A stretch of DNA of 59,681 bases, the filler included, from Dirinaria sp. TL-2023a (lineage: Eukaryota): assembly GCA_051941275.1 (NCBI GenBank). It is 11 parts of 11 records of this genome, joined end to end, with 100 filler letters (N's around TTAATTAATTAA, not from the genome) between each part and the next. Parts side by side here need not be neighbours in the genome. Positions count along the whole stretch, not along the records: positions 38,124 to 43,448 come from JAVEBF010001685.1; positions 43,549 to 48,870 come from JAVEBF010001686.1; positions 48,971 to 54,276 come from JAVEBF010001687.1; 8 more parts are not named here. The stretch is one strand, 5' to 3'. This document shows positions 38,024-49,498 of the stretch, piece after piece. Numbering within the stretch: position 1 is the stretch's first letter; each line of letters begins with the position of its first letter. The position numbers and the translations under genes were made by a program. Under the pieces are notes generated by a model. It was not told the DNA's origin, ran no database searches, and saw nothing but the letters and a program-made list of their open reading frames with translations.

Positions 38024-40136
38024 NNNNNNNNNNNNNNNNNNNNNNNNNNNNNNNNNNNNNNNNNNNNTTAATTAATTAANNNNNNNNNNNNNNNNNNNNN
38101 NNNNNNNNNNNNNNNNNNNNNNNTCTTGAATAAATGTCCATTTTCCTGCACAGAATTATGACAGGCATGATGCCCAGCTTGCATAGACTCTGAATTGATC
38201 CAGTAGTGGAGTGAAAAGTGTAAGCATGCTAATGGTTCAGATGCGAGAGATATGAGACCGGTAAGTGTGTGTGCGCACTTAGTGGCCTGTGGATTGGTAC
38301 GTTGATTGATTCTATTCCTTTTTCTTAATTCCTCTGGCTTTGGCATTGGTATAATTTTAGTGACTTGTCTTTTCGATAATAACTTTTCATTGACAGCCTA
38401 GTCCATTAATTGTTATCTTGCGAATACGATCTGTCATGTTTGCATGGAAGGGTTGAGATGATCTTTTTTGTAGTCCTGAAACCAGCATGCTGCCAGAGAT
38501 TCGCTGGAAAGTTATACCAGAAAGTAATCACAAAGAAGTCACCAGTTCGAATTTGACCGTGAGCAGATAGAGAAAGAACCCATGATAGACACATGGCTAG
38601 CCTAGTTCATCTACGCATATGATCGCTGCTTGAAGGTAGCTTTCGATCGAGTAGGGAGCCAGATTATCCCAACGTACCCCTGCGCATTGTCTATCACAAG
38701 GTTTGCAGTAATTTCAATATATGGGCGAAATATTCGTAAATGGTCTCAGGTTATGAGATATAAAGAGGGAACCTCAGGAGCAGTGAACATTCGAAGTTAC
38801 CGAGAGAAAGATCTGTAAATGAAAGGTTGAAGTTTGAGGATGAAGAAAAAGCAAAGGGTGTTTAATCCTCGGTAAGGCTGTCATTGAGGTGTCAATGGTT
38901 ACGCCGAGGAGGTAAATAGGGATCAGGACATAGAAAAGGTGATTAAGGTCGTTATAGTATAATATCACGGCGCCGTTCTTAAAACTCGCGACTATAAATG
39001 ATGGTTACAGCAAGCCAATAGTCTGTGCTGGCACCAGTCCAACGAAATTAAGATTGCTCATATAATTGCTATGTGTAGCCGAGAGTGTAGCACTTTGCTG
39101 AAATGGCAGTAGCCTGAAACGCTCTCATTGAAGAAACCACCCTCCCATGATGCTCGTAGTATCTGGCGTAGCATCCAGCGTATCATGAAGTCTGGACGTA
39201 TGTATAGCGATTTACATCCAACAAAATTGATAAAATCTTACCAGCCAGTTAAGTCGAGTGTTGGCACAAGAGCATCGCTCTAGACGTGCGTAAAGAGCAT
39301 TCAAGAAGATCAGATTTTATACTTCTTCAAGGCTTTTGATGGGATCCCTTAATCATTTGCTCTCTGAGAGAGCAGCAGCTACATCAAGGTCGCGAGAAGC
39401 CTGAAAAATGCTGCTATCAACCACAATATGACAACAAGCGATACTTTTTTTGTTGAAAATATCGCTTATCTCTAGCATCTTGACACTGTGTACATCATGC
39501 AATCGAAGACGAGTATAGAATCCTATCTTAAATCATCAAAACTGGAAGGAGTTTTTGATAACGAACGCAGGAACGTTTCGAAACAAGTTCGATATCAGTC
39601 TTGTGAAGGGGATCTAAGTAGATCACTTGGTGTATCTACAACGTGAGCTTGTTTCATGTTCCCGTGAAATTCTGATACAGAGAATCATGTCTGTAATCAT
39701 TATGTTGGTTTTTATATCGACGTCAGCCAGCGCTCAAATTAGCTTACTTGCTGATTTAAAGTCGCTTGTAGAGAGAGGAAAAGAAGAAGAAGAAGACAAT
39801 AAAAAGAAAGAGAATAGAGAATGTCAAACTCACTCGAAAAGAAATGTAATATAATGACACTGAACAAATTCAAAAAAAGGGGGAGGGGGAAAAGACAAGA
39901 ATATCCCGACCCCCGTCTTGTTCAACACTGCAATTCTCGCTCTGATATAGATAACTCATTCTGATTTCGTTTCCCTGGTCTAAACACTATGATATAGAGA
40001 TCAGGAGAGTTCAAAAATAATATGAATGCATTCGTCAAAAGCCCCCAAAAAAAAAAGAAAAAGAAAAAAAAAAAGAAGAAAAGTAAGGGGGGCTCTGGTG
40101 GGACTCGAACCCTCACTCTCAAAAATCACAAAAGAT

Positions 40137-40231
40137 AGGAACCCGACTGCACATCAGCGCCAGCACTCTGGACTAGCGGGGTTTCATCCCTACTATCTCG
40201 AGCAGCCCTCTGCACCATCATCGGGATTCCT
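40137..40231 (-). ncRNA. Unassigned structured 95-nt Pol III-type RNA, copy 1
   Basis: 93/95 identical to copy 2 while flanks diverge; terminal stem AGGAAUCCCGA/UCGGGUUCCU; A box 40207-40217; T-run; downstream B box GGTTCGAGTCC 40101-40111. Confidence 0.65.
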
Positions 40232-40306
40232 GGAAAAGACTTTTTAATTTAAAATCATATGTTTTTTATTAATTCATTTATTTTTTGTTTTTTATGTGTT
40301 GCTTCG

Positions 40307-40417
40307 TGTCAAAAGGATCCTGACTCTCTTGACGACATGATAATCATCAAAAGATCAGCTAAATCAAGTCGCTGACTTAATGTTCTATCTGATTACAAAT
40401 GTTCCAAGGTCGTAACA
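40307..40417 (-). mobile_element. Solo LTR related to the TRIM LTRs at 15116/15498
   Basis: TGTCAAA...TCGTAACA ends; last ~70 bp align with the TRIM LTR (caaaagatcagctaaatcaagtcg...tgttccaaggtcgtaaca vs caaaagactaactaaatcaagtcg...tgttccaggatcgtaaca). Confidence 0.75.
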
Positions 40418-40594
40418 CTTTTGAATCATGTTATATCTCGATGTTTATCTGACAAGTACTTATATATCTTAATTATTAACTTGTTAGCTAGACTATAGCA
40501 ATTGCTTTCAAGCAAAAAAAAAGTGGTTCATTTTATATTGCTGTAAATAATCTTGATTATAAGTTCTTCGAGTAAAGAAGACTCATTCATTTCA

Positions 40595-40694
40595 TGTTAG
40601 AAAATAAGATCTAATCGTTAAAAAATCGACCAACATGTTTTGAATAAACTATCAATTCTTGTTTCACTATATAGCGACTGCGTATATCGTAACA
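40595..40694. mobile_element. Probable second 100-bp solo LTR
   Basis: TGTTA...TAACA inverted termini; near-perfect TSD TTTCA/CTTCA. Confidence 0.5.
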
Positions 40695-40793
40695 CTTCAA
40701 ATCAATAAAAAAAGAGAAAAAGAAAAAGAAAAAGAAAACAGAAAATGAGCAAGAGGTGGTTCGAACCCACGACCTTTCAGAAAAACATCAAAA

Positions 40794-40888
40794 AGGAACC
40801 CAACTGCACATCAGCGCCAGCACTCTGGACTAGCGGGGTTTTATCCCTACTATCTCGAGCAGCCCTCTGCACCATCATCGGGATTCCT
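40794..40888 (-). ncRNA. Unassigned structured 95-nt Pol III-type RNA, copy 2
   Basis: TATA-rich 40906-40918 upstream; A box 40864-40874; ends GGTTCCTTTTT; B box GGTTCGAACC at ~40757-40767 within a tRNA-3'-half-like remnant. Confidence 0.65.
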
Positions 40889-43853
40889 TAAAAGACCAAC
40901 CCCAATTATAATATATATCTTCTATTCAAAAAAGATTTTTTTCATATGGCTCATGTCCTACTCGCGTTTATTCAGCATGATGGGCGCGACTAAGATAATG
41001 AAACATGCTGAACTACAACGCAGACTCTGTAGCGATTCAACGCGCAGTGTCATGATGTTTTCCAATATTTCAGTGCGTCTGAATAGCTGGAAGGTCAAAG
41101 CTCGTAGTTTCACGCCTTGGGAACAGCCAGCAGGTTTGTCGGGATGTCAATGAAAGCGATTCGAGAGACACATTTCAAGCTCTATCTTCTTGGCCCCACA
41201 AGCTCATGAATCCACTTCCAGAGTGGATTGAAACGCTTGGCCATCTTTAAGGCTCGATCTAAAACGTATAAAGGTTTCTGAGGTGTCACTGTTAAAGTTA
41301 GATGAAAGCGCCTTGCGTTCTCGATAAAGCTTGTGATATCCGCTCGCTTCGAATGACTGCTTCGATACTTCTGCTTCGATCTACTCACCGACACTATGCC
41401 TCGAACGGGTTTTCAAGATCTTGTCTTTACGTTTCTAGTCACAAAGGCTTCTGTCGGTGCGCGCTGGCGTGGTACATGTGTGCCTGCTATAGCCTACTTA
41501 GTCGCTTTGACATTCTGCCGCACAAATCCGAAGGGCATGCTTTCACGGAAGAACTCTTGCTGAGAGTAGACTGTGGATTGAACACCATTAGTACTCGAAT
41601 TTAAGAGCTGGCAAAGAGCATTGGGGTAGTCTGATTCAATTCTACTGATTGCAGCACAGGTGTTGCGTCTCGCTACGCAAGAAGTCTGTGGACTACTAGG
41701 ATTCATCAGCTAAGGGGCTCGAACGTAGTAGGGTGGCTACAATCAAAAGCTGAGAAGGGTTCGCGCCTAGCCTTGTAAAGAAACGTCGTAGTTTCTCACT
41801 CTTATTCGGCCAGATCGAATAATTCTAGTTTAGGCTCCGTTTTATGATCTATGGGTCTGGCTAACACGCTTGACCACAGAGGTTCCCCAACGAGATTGGC
41901 AAGGCCAAAGCTTCATCAACAGCAGAATACATCCTTTTGTGACTGAAATTGTTGGCTCTTGAGTTTGCGTGTTTTTGTCTTGATCTTTGGAGCTGAAGGA
42001 CGAGACCTCATGTACGTTGCCAGGCTGCAATATCGCTTCCCATCGCAAAATTTCCTTGCAACTTTTTGTTGAAACTATCTTGTTCATACTTTAGAAGAGG
42101 AAATATCCTGACAAACTTTTCTGCTTCAGTTCCTAGATGTTCCTTGTCCCTACTTTTTGCACGCAAAGGATTTTAGAGTGGAGGATATTTTGGGCCGCGA
42201 CTGTAATCTTAGACAAGCTCTTCTAGGAGCTATGGACAAGAATACATTGGGAGAGCACGCTCGAGGATGTCATGCAGTGATGAAGTTGCTATAGAGGCTC
42301 GAGGACGACGAGGCGAAAGATATGTTGACTCGTGGTTGAGCTACAATCTTTGTAAAAAGCGAGGTGGTGGAGATCCAAGGAAATGTGGGGGCTAGGATGG
42401 CGAGCTGGTTGGAAATGAAGTCTCAATCTGGTGTCTTTAATTCATATTGACACGAGGTAGATATGGATACTGTGGGAGGATTTTATCAGAGGGGTCGTAG
42501 GTGCGACTATGGCGCCCCCATTGTCTTGCCTGTGTGGTGGAGCTGCAGATGTTGTATCTCCTGTTCCGGGTTTGAAAAGACGGAAGTAGGAAGATGGTGC
42601 GCTGTCAAGCATCGACCTGATAAAGAGAATCTGGCTGGGTCACGGGACTAATGGCGCGCCCTAGCCTAAGGCGTCTGGTGAACCAACATACCATAATCAC
42701 GCGGTCGCTATCATAGTGCAGGCCTATTTATGCATCAGGCTCGTTTTCCACGGCGGTTGATCAGGACGAGTAGCCAAGATGCCAGAATGGATGCTTGATA
42801 GTTGTTCGCTTTGTGCCTAGCCTAAAAATTCCGAAGAAGGCTGTTGGCTCGCGAATGCAAAATACTGTTGGGACATTTGGACTGCCTCGAGTCGATATGG
42901 CCTCGCCCTCATGCAGTACTAAGACTGTCCTTGAGACACAGCAGTGAGGCAGGCCACATGGGCTGGAGTTATATTCCTATTGGCTCTTGTAGATTTTTAA
43001 CATGAAGATCTTTTAATTGGACAGGTCTGCTTAGTCAGGACTGCGATACCTAGATAATTTCGGCGCTGGATGGCTCGATGTTGGACAAAGGAATCCCTCT
43101 TACTTCAACAAAGAGCCTGATGGTAACTTGACCGCATCGAGGTTCTGATGGCAGTACTGTCGAGCAGCGACCCGTAAGAGTGGATCAGCGTGGGGGTGCT
43201 GAGAGTAAGTCCAAGAGAGTAAAAGTCCAATGAACTCAGCTTTGACACCGTTGGATCAATAGAGACGTCCTTTCCTGAAGAAGTCCTCCGCTAATTAATA
43301 TTGAAGAGGACTGAAAGTCAGACAACATTTATTATATTGACGGAACAACGAATCGGCGTCGGGCATAACGACCTGAAGCAACAAAAACAAAACGGATTGA
43401 CGGAATAATAGATAGCGAAAGAAATTAAAAGCCTACTGATGGCAGAACNNNNNNNNNNNNNNNNNNNNNNNNNNNNNNNNNNNNNNNNNNNNTTAATTAA
43501 TTAANNNNNNNNNNNNNNNNNNNNNNNNNNNNNNNNNNNNNNNNNNNNCCTAAATCAAAAGGCTTATGTTTCCTACGAAAAGGTTCCATCGGCTTAGTGA
43601 AATCTCGAAAATCAGATTTGTACATTGCCCCTTTCGGGCTTTCAAAATATATACATTGAAGAAGAAACAAAAAACCGGATGCTAGGCTAATGAGTCGCCG
43701 TCACCATGCTCTAGGTATGAGTGGCTCGGAAAGCTTAATTGTCGTCCATGCGATAAAAATGCGGCCAAGGTGGCAAAGTGCTTTTTGAAAAAAGAAAAGA
43801 AAAAAAAGGAGTAAAAACTATGCTGGAAAAAGATTTCGAGCATGCTCGAACCC

Positions 43854-44890
43854 CTAAGCACCAACCAAGCCCCGGCGGACTCTGGACGTCGCACCCTTCG
43901 CGCACTGGCAAGTCGCGAAGTCGGAAGTGAGCGACCCCGGGCACGTAACCTCCTCGTACTTGACAACAGGATTATCTAAATCGGAAGCGTCAGCATTTAC
44001 CCTTCTTCAAAAACAGCGCAACAAACAGAGAGACTTACTCCATCCCAAAGGACCGTCTTTGCTCATGATGTCAAAGTGCGCCCCGTAGCCATATTGGTTG
44101 GATGGCTGAGAGCACCACTGCTCGTTGCCGTTGGCAGGGCACAGGTTCGTTACCATGACGGTGATGGTGTCTCCTGCGCCAGTGCAGTCGCCTTGGCCGC
44201 TGGCGGCGATGGCGCCCACATTTGTGAGCTGGTAGCACTTGCCGCAGCCGCTACCACACCAGCTCCCTGAGCCACCGAAGAGGTTCTGCGACCCGGCCGC
44301 AGTGAAGACTTTAGTACCGGGGTTAGCTTGCCAGGGGGACATTGCACCTCCGGTGGAGCAGCCGCATGCACCAACTTGACCGTCATAGTAATGCGTGGTC
44401 GTAGCATAGCCTGACTTCGATCCGGTGTGGGCAGCGCATGAGCCATAGCTGATGGACGGTGCGGATGACGATGCTTTGGGAGTACTTGGAGCAGGCTTCG
44501 CAGGGGCCTTGGATATGGTGGTCCCGGTAGAGGCAGTGGGAGGCGGCGAGTAAGAGTCAGCACCGAAGTCTGTGTCGGTGTTACCACTGCTGGCGCTGCA
44601 GCTTTTCCAGCCTGGGTCTGTCTTCAGGCATTGCGAGTAGTCTAATGATTGAGTTGATTAGTATGTGGTTAAAAAAGCTCAATCCACTCTCCCGCAAGAA
44701 GCTCGGATCTGGTCAGATCGCATGGGATTATTGTATACTCACAAGGATTCTGACAGTAGCACTTTAAGCCTGAGGCACAAGTAGTGGGTCCGGTGAAGCC
44801 TTTTCCTCCGCATTGAGCATACTGGCTCGCAGTAGCGGCCAAGGCACCGGCGGAGCTTGATAGGAGAACGAGAAAGGTACAGATCTTCAT
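43854..44890 (-). CDS. Secreted GH45 (subfamily B, T. reesei Cel45A/EGV-like) endoglucanase with N-terminal CBM1; introns 44742-44642 and 44038-43976
   Basis: Signal peptide; CBM1 QCGGKGFTGPTTCASG..C..NPYYSQCL; S/T/P linker; TTHYYDGQVGACGC, WCGSGCGKCYQLT, MVTNLCP, HFDIM. Confidence 0.92.
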
Positions 44891-47695
44891 AGTGGCTGGG
44901 GCAAGTGATAGAAGGAAAGTATTGATAGAAGAGAACAGAGTTGATGAAAAGAGTGACTTGTGAGAGTCCCAGCTCTCTGAATTTAATATGGAAAAAGAGT
45001 GTAGTGCTTCAGCAGATGAAAGATCTTATGGATGAAAAGGAAACAGTACATGATGGTTCCCAAGCTCGCTTCATATACTACTCACGATATGAGGGGTAGA
45101 GGTGGGCATGGAAGTCCTAGTGCACGGTCCATTTGATAGGAAGATTAATCCGAAACGACGGGACGGACAAGGTAAACAACGTGGAAATAATGGGAAGTCT
45201 GGAAGTGATGCCGCTAGAGATCTAGTGTATGGGTGGTTCGGCGGCACGGTGGGACCTAGAGAACCCCACACCACGAGACAGCGGCTGGTTGCAGTAAGTT
45301 GGGCGGTACGAGGGATGGTAGTGTCGAAGTCTGTAAACGAGAGATCTGTGTAATCCAGGTACGATCTCTAACCGAGATTAATAAGCGTGCTAATGTTTAC
45401 TACATCTTACTCTGTAGCGGGGATCTCGAAACGTAGTCCTTGTTCTCTAACACGTTCTCTCACCTCAGCGATACTCAGGCCTGTGCCGGCCAATCGGTCG
45501 CGGCATCGTTGACTTGCCGTGCGTTGAGGATCCCGCAGAAGGGGTGAGGGAGAGTGTGCCGTGGAAGAACAGTCAAACGGAGCCAACGGTCGAAGACGGC
45601 AAGTGCATAATAATGGCCCCTAGGACGGGCTTAGGGAGCTAGCAGAGGCTACCCTGCTGGACGAGTCGAGTGAGATCGTTAACGTCCGACCTTCGTCCTC
45701 AACAATTAGAACCGGATAGCGGGGTATCCGGCAATGTTTTTGCGCGTGTACAGCTTTGCTGCAGATTGCCCTTGCTAGGCCACTCGTGCTTGAAGATTGA
45801 GTGTACAATTTGGAGCGATAGGAGAAGTTGAAGAGAGTGCAGCAAATTTTACATTAAGGTGTGTGCCATGAGCGGGGTTTGCAATTGCCAACAACCAGCG
45901 CCTGCATTTAGTGGCAGCCGCCACTGGATCTTAGTAGAATGGAAGTTCAAGTATGCACCATACTCTGTTCCTTGCAGAGTGAGATAAAGTAGACGCCGAG
46001 GTACGATCGAGGGGCTCTCGGGGCCTCGGGCTGAGCCTGGATCTCTCTTAGTCAGTCTTGGAATTGGCGCCAAGCATTCCGCCAGTAGAACTAAAGGAAG
46101 CTTGGCCTTTAGCGCTGCAATCTTATCTTCAGGATCAACGTTTCACCCTTTCCCTTGTCCTTCTAATCGCAGTCAGATTGAATCAGATTATCGAATGAAT
46201 AATAATTTCAACTCTCCTGAGTACGAGCCTGAAAGACGAGAGGACACCATGGTGTGTCACAGGAGTTACATGGATCATTTTCTGCCTTGAGATTTCGGTG
46301 TCTAGATTTGTGACATGTCCCCCTTGCTCAAGATTCAGATCCCAGGTGATCCTGTGGGGTTTCATGTTTCGGACCACGACGTAAGCATAACTCCATTCGG
46401 AAGCATCTCCAGGGCACGGAACCGTTCGTTGCACTCCGCAAACCCCTCTTGAGATGTTTCTTCCGTCCCAACTTCCGTCTTTGTTCTGTCTTTGACGACC
46501 TATGGCTTCTGCTAAGTCAGAGCATCTGTACCACATCATGAATGAGCGTCTCGACTGTATGGTGCTATTGAAATAGGATTGAGCCCCCAATGCTCGCACG
46601 ATGGTCCCGTGGATGCCGGTAGTGAGCACATGGTCACCGCTTTAGAAAACGCATGAGCTTAGATTGAGAAAGCCGTTTGGGAATGACGTCTTCTTCTGCA
46701 TAGTACGGCGGCGGATTAATGTTTTCGAATTGCACATCGCCCCGTTCGAGAAGGGATGCCTCGATAGCGATTTACGTTCTGGATTTTTTCCACGCGCCTA
46801 TCCACAGCTCGTCCGAGTAGGGAGGCTCAGATTACGCTCATGAATATGTCCAGCGTCCTCATAGCTCAATGGCTCTGAGATCCCAATTTTTTGGAGATGA
46901 AGAGTCTTGCGCAGATGTTTAAACACTAGCCTACTAGCTGGTAGCAGTAACGCGTTGAGTGGCAGATCTGAAATTATAGTCCTATTGAACACGAAATCTT
47001 CAAACTTCTCTAGCGGTTCGAAACGCTTCAATCGTCAGAAGCGACATTCCTAATGCATCCCTTGATGTAATGGCGATTGTTACAAAGCATTATCCTCAGG
47101 TCATTCGATTTCTCAGAGGCAATAAGTACTTCAGAGCACATGGAAAGTCACTGCATGATTCTGATTGATAAGATGTCACGAAACCTAGAGAAGAGAAGGC
47201 TTTCGCCAAACATTGGGTGAGCTCTGTTGTTAATATGCAGAGACATCATGCTGACAGGGATCAGATGGGGCAACCTCGTCTTCGACGTTTTGGGTGACAC
47301 TGCGTCGGTAGCGTTGGGGCCTTTAGAAAGGAATAGCCCAAGGCTACGAGGAGTTTAAATCTACCGTTGACTTATATCGACACTGGTATCAATCAAGACA
47401 GTTCATTCATGAAAAAGGTTTTCGACAGATTGCCCAATGCAGTCTTCTACCGTGGTGTCTTGTGCGAAGATAATTGTACCCGGGTACTTCTTTGGATCAG
47501 AAGAAGGCAATTGAGTTACCAGCGTGTTCTCCATATGAAACAGCCCTACTTCTCTCCCAAAAAAAAAAAAAAAAAAAAAAAAAAAAACAAACACAAAATT
47601 AAACAACAGGCTTCCCAAAAAGGCCCAGCTAACAAAGTCTCCAGAAGAAAAATCACCTTATACCTAGATCCACCAACCAAAAAAAAAGCCTAATC

Positions 47696-48250
47696 TTACC
47701 TCTCAGAGACAACATCCGTCCCATTTCCTCCCGCCGCGGCGCCCTTCCCCAGCTCTCCATACCCAGCAACCTTCACCTGCCACAACCATCTCTCGCCGAT
47801 CCTCGCATACCCACCCGCGCCCTCCGTCGAACACCGCGCCAAAATCGCTCCCACGAGGATCACCACCCTTCTCCAAGAAAACACATCCACCGCGTCGTCA
47901 TCCGCCGCGGTGTCCACGACGATCCCACACTTGCCCTCCCGGTCCCGCGGGCTGAACCAGATGAAGGGCGGCACGGACGAGGGTTTGTCCGGGTAGAGCC
48001 GCGGGCGCACGCCCTCGCGCCATGGCTGGTCGCTGGTGAAATGTGGGTAGGTGCGCAGTTCGCGCAGCAGAAGGCCGCAGGCGGCGGGGTCGAGGAGTGG
48101 AGAGTGGGTTCTGGGGAGACAGCTTATCTGGGTATGGGAAGGGGAGCCGGTGGTGGAGATGGTGCTGTTGAAGAGTGAGAGAGCTGGGAAGGGAGATGCG
48201 CCTGTGAGGGGTAGGAGCAAGAGCTGGAGGAAGATGGAGGGAATTTTCAT
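47696..48250 (-). CDS. Small secreted Cys-containing protein (184 aa), unknown function
   Basis: MKIPSIFLQLLLLPLTGASP signal; 4 Cys; D.FSW....ILARC...G.GG.A..G pattern; GC3-rich. Confidence 0.7.
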   Translation of the reverse strand: MKIPSIFLQLLLLPLTGASPFPALSLFNSTISTTGSPSHTQISCLPRTHSPLLDPAACGLLLRELRTYPHFTSDQPWREGVRPRLYPDKPSSVPPFIWFSPRDREGKCGIVVDTAADDDAVDVFSWRRVVILVGAILARCSTEGAGGYARIGERWLWQVKVAGYGELGKGAAAGGNGTDVVSER

Positions 48251-49007
48251 GTTTTCATTTACTGCTTCCTTACGAGCAGATTGCTCGGTTTGTGCCTCGA
48301 AAAGAGAAGAGATTCCCGTGCAGAACATATGGACAGAAACGCGGCGCGCATATTCGCCAGTATCGCCTACCGGAAAATATTTTTTGATATGATAATGTAC
48401 TTTAGATAAGCGCCGTTCCGCCCATATCTGGGATGGCGTGCGTTGCGATTAGGACTGCGCATTAAATTTCAAGGTAAGGTACTATCAGGTCGCATGTGAT
48501 AGTTCTCCAGCTCCGTTAGTATACTAGTAGATCTTATCATATACTTGTACGAGATGCCTCTTGGGGACAAGGTTTCCTGCATGCACACACATATTCCTCC
48601 CCCCCCCCCAAACAAAAAAAAAAACAAAAACAAAATAGAATTAAAGCTAGGACTTGCTAGTAGAAATCATACAGATCAAGATCGAGTAAGTTCCTGGCGT
48701 GTGAGTGAATACTGTAAGGGGGGAAAAAAAAAAAAAAAAAAAAAAAGATCGCGATTCCAGTTCCACACATGATGGTGATGTACATGCAAAAGAACCGGTT
48801 CTCGTCAGAAATAAATCGATAAAATTCGAAAACAACCGTGTCTCCTCAAAAGTCTCCCGCCTCCTTTCCCNNNNNNNNNNNNNNNNNNNNNNNNNNNNNN
48901 NNNNNNNNNNNNNNTTAATTAATTAANNNNNNNNNNNNNNNNNNNNNNNNNNNNNNNNNNNNNNNNNNNNGGGGGAAAGGGGGAAGGGGAAAGATATCAA
49001 TGCTGAC

Positions 49008-49109
49008 CTTTTTCAAAAATTTGTTGTAGACCTGCTTGGCTGTGCGAACTCTGGCGGCCTTCCCTGCGGACACCACCACACCATAGGCGGAGCGGATTTT
49101 CTTGTCCAT
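49008..49109 (-). CDS. MRPS17: Mitochondrial ribosomal protein uS17m, exon 1 only (rest beyond gap)
   Basis: GVVVSAGK..RVRTAKQVYNKFLKK followed by a GTCAG donor; divergent from VID27. Confidence 0.55.
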
Positions 49110-49498
49110 AATCCTGATTATCGAACACAGACGGAAGAGCGCAATACTAATAACGAATCCGTATCGTCTTTCGAATCCATTGCAATTGTTAAGCGAAACT
49201 TGCAAGGAGATTTAGCCCTCCATATGTATAGTACAGTGGGTGAGAGGGAGACAAGACTGCGAGCTTGGCAATAGATAAATCTGTAGCGGAAGCTCGCGCC
49301 TACGGTTGATCTCCGGGCCGACGACTGGAGCTTCCAATTCTCAAACAGGTTCGACAGGCTGCATCAGATGCACACACCGGCTGCCTGCAGCTTTTCTGAC
49401 ATTCTGAATCCTTTGAATCTAAGGGCATAAATTGCGCCCAACAACCCCACCCTCCTATGTAGAACAACCAAGCCCAACGATCCTTCCACGCCGTCATC

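Noticed and set aside
38124..39850. Possible decayed gene or transposon
   Set aside because: Only short broken ORFs; no motif I could identify.
40085..40125. tRNA genes at the GGTTCGA motifs (also 40745-40780 and 29480-29515)
   Set aside because: Only T-arm/3'-half-like sequence is present; no matching 5' acceptor strand or anticodon arm, so no cloverleaf.
40137..40231. Hammerhead, twister, mini group I intron or tRNA-Sec reading of the 95-nt repeat
   Set aside because: Partial words exist (CUGAUG, GAAAC, GCAGAGGG, UAGUCC) but the required core order and pairings are not satisfied, and there is no T-arm or UCA anticodon.
41000..43448. Scattered short ORFs (also 2400-3500, 9000-10800, 45000-47400)
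   Set aside because: No coherent exon chain or recognisable domain; treated as intergenic or unidentifiable relics.
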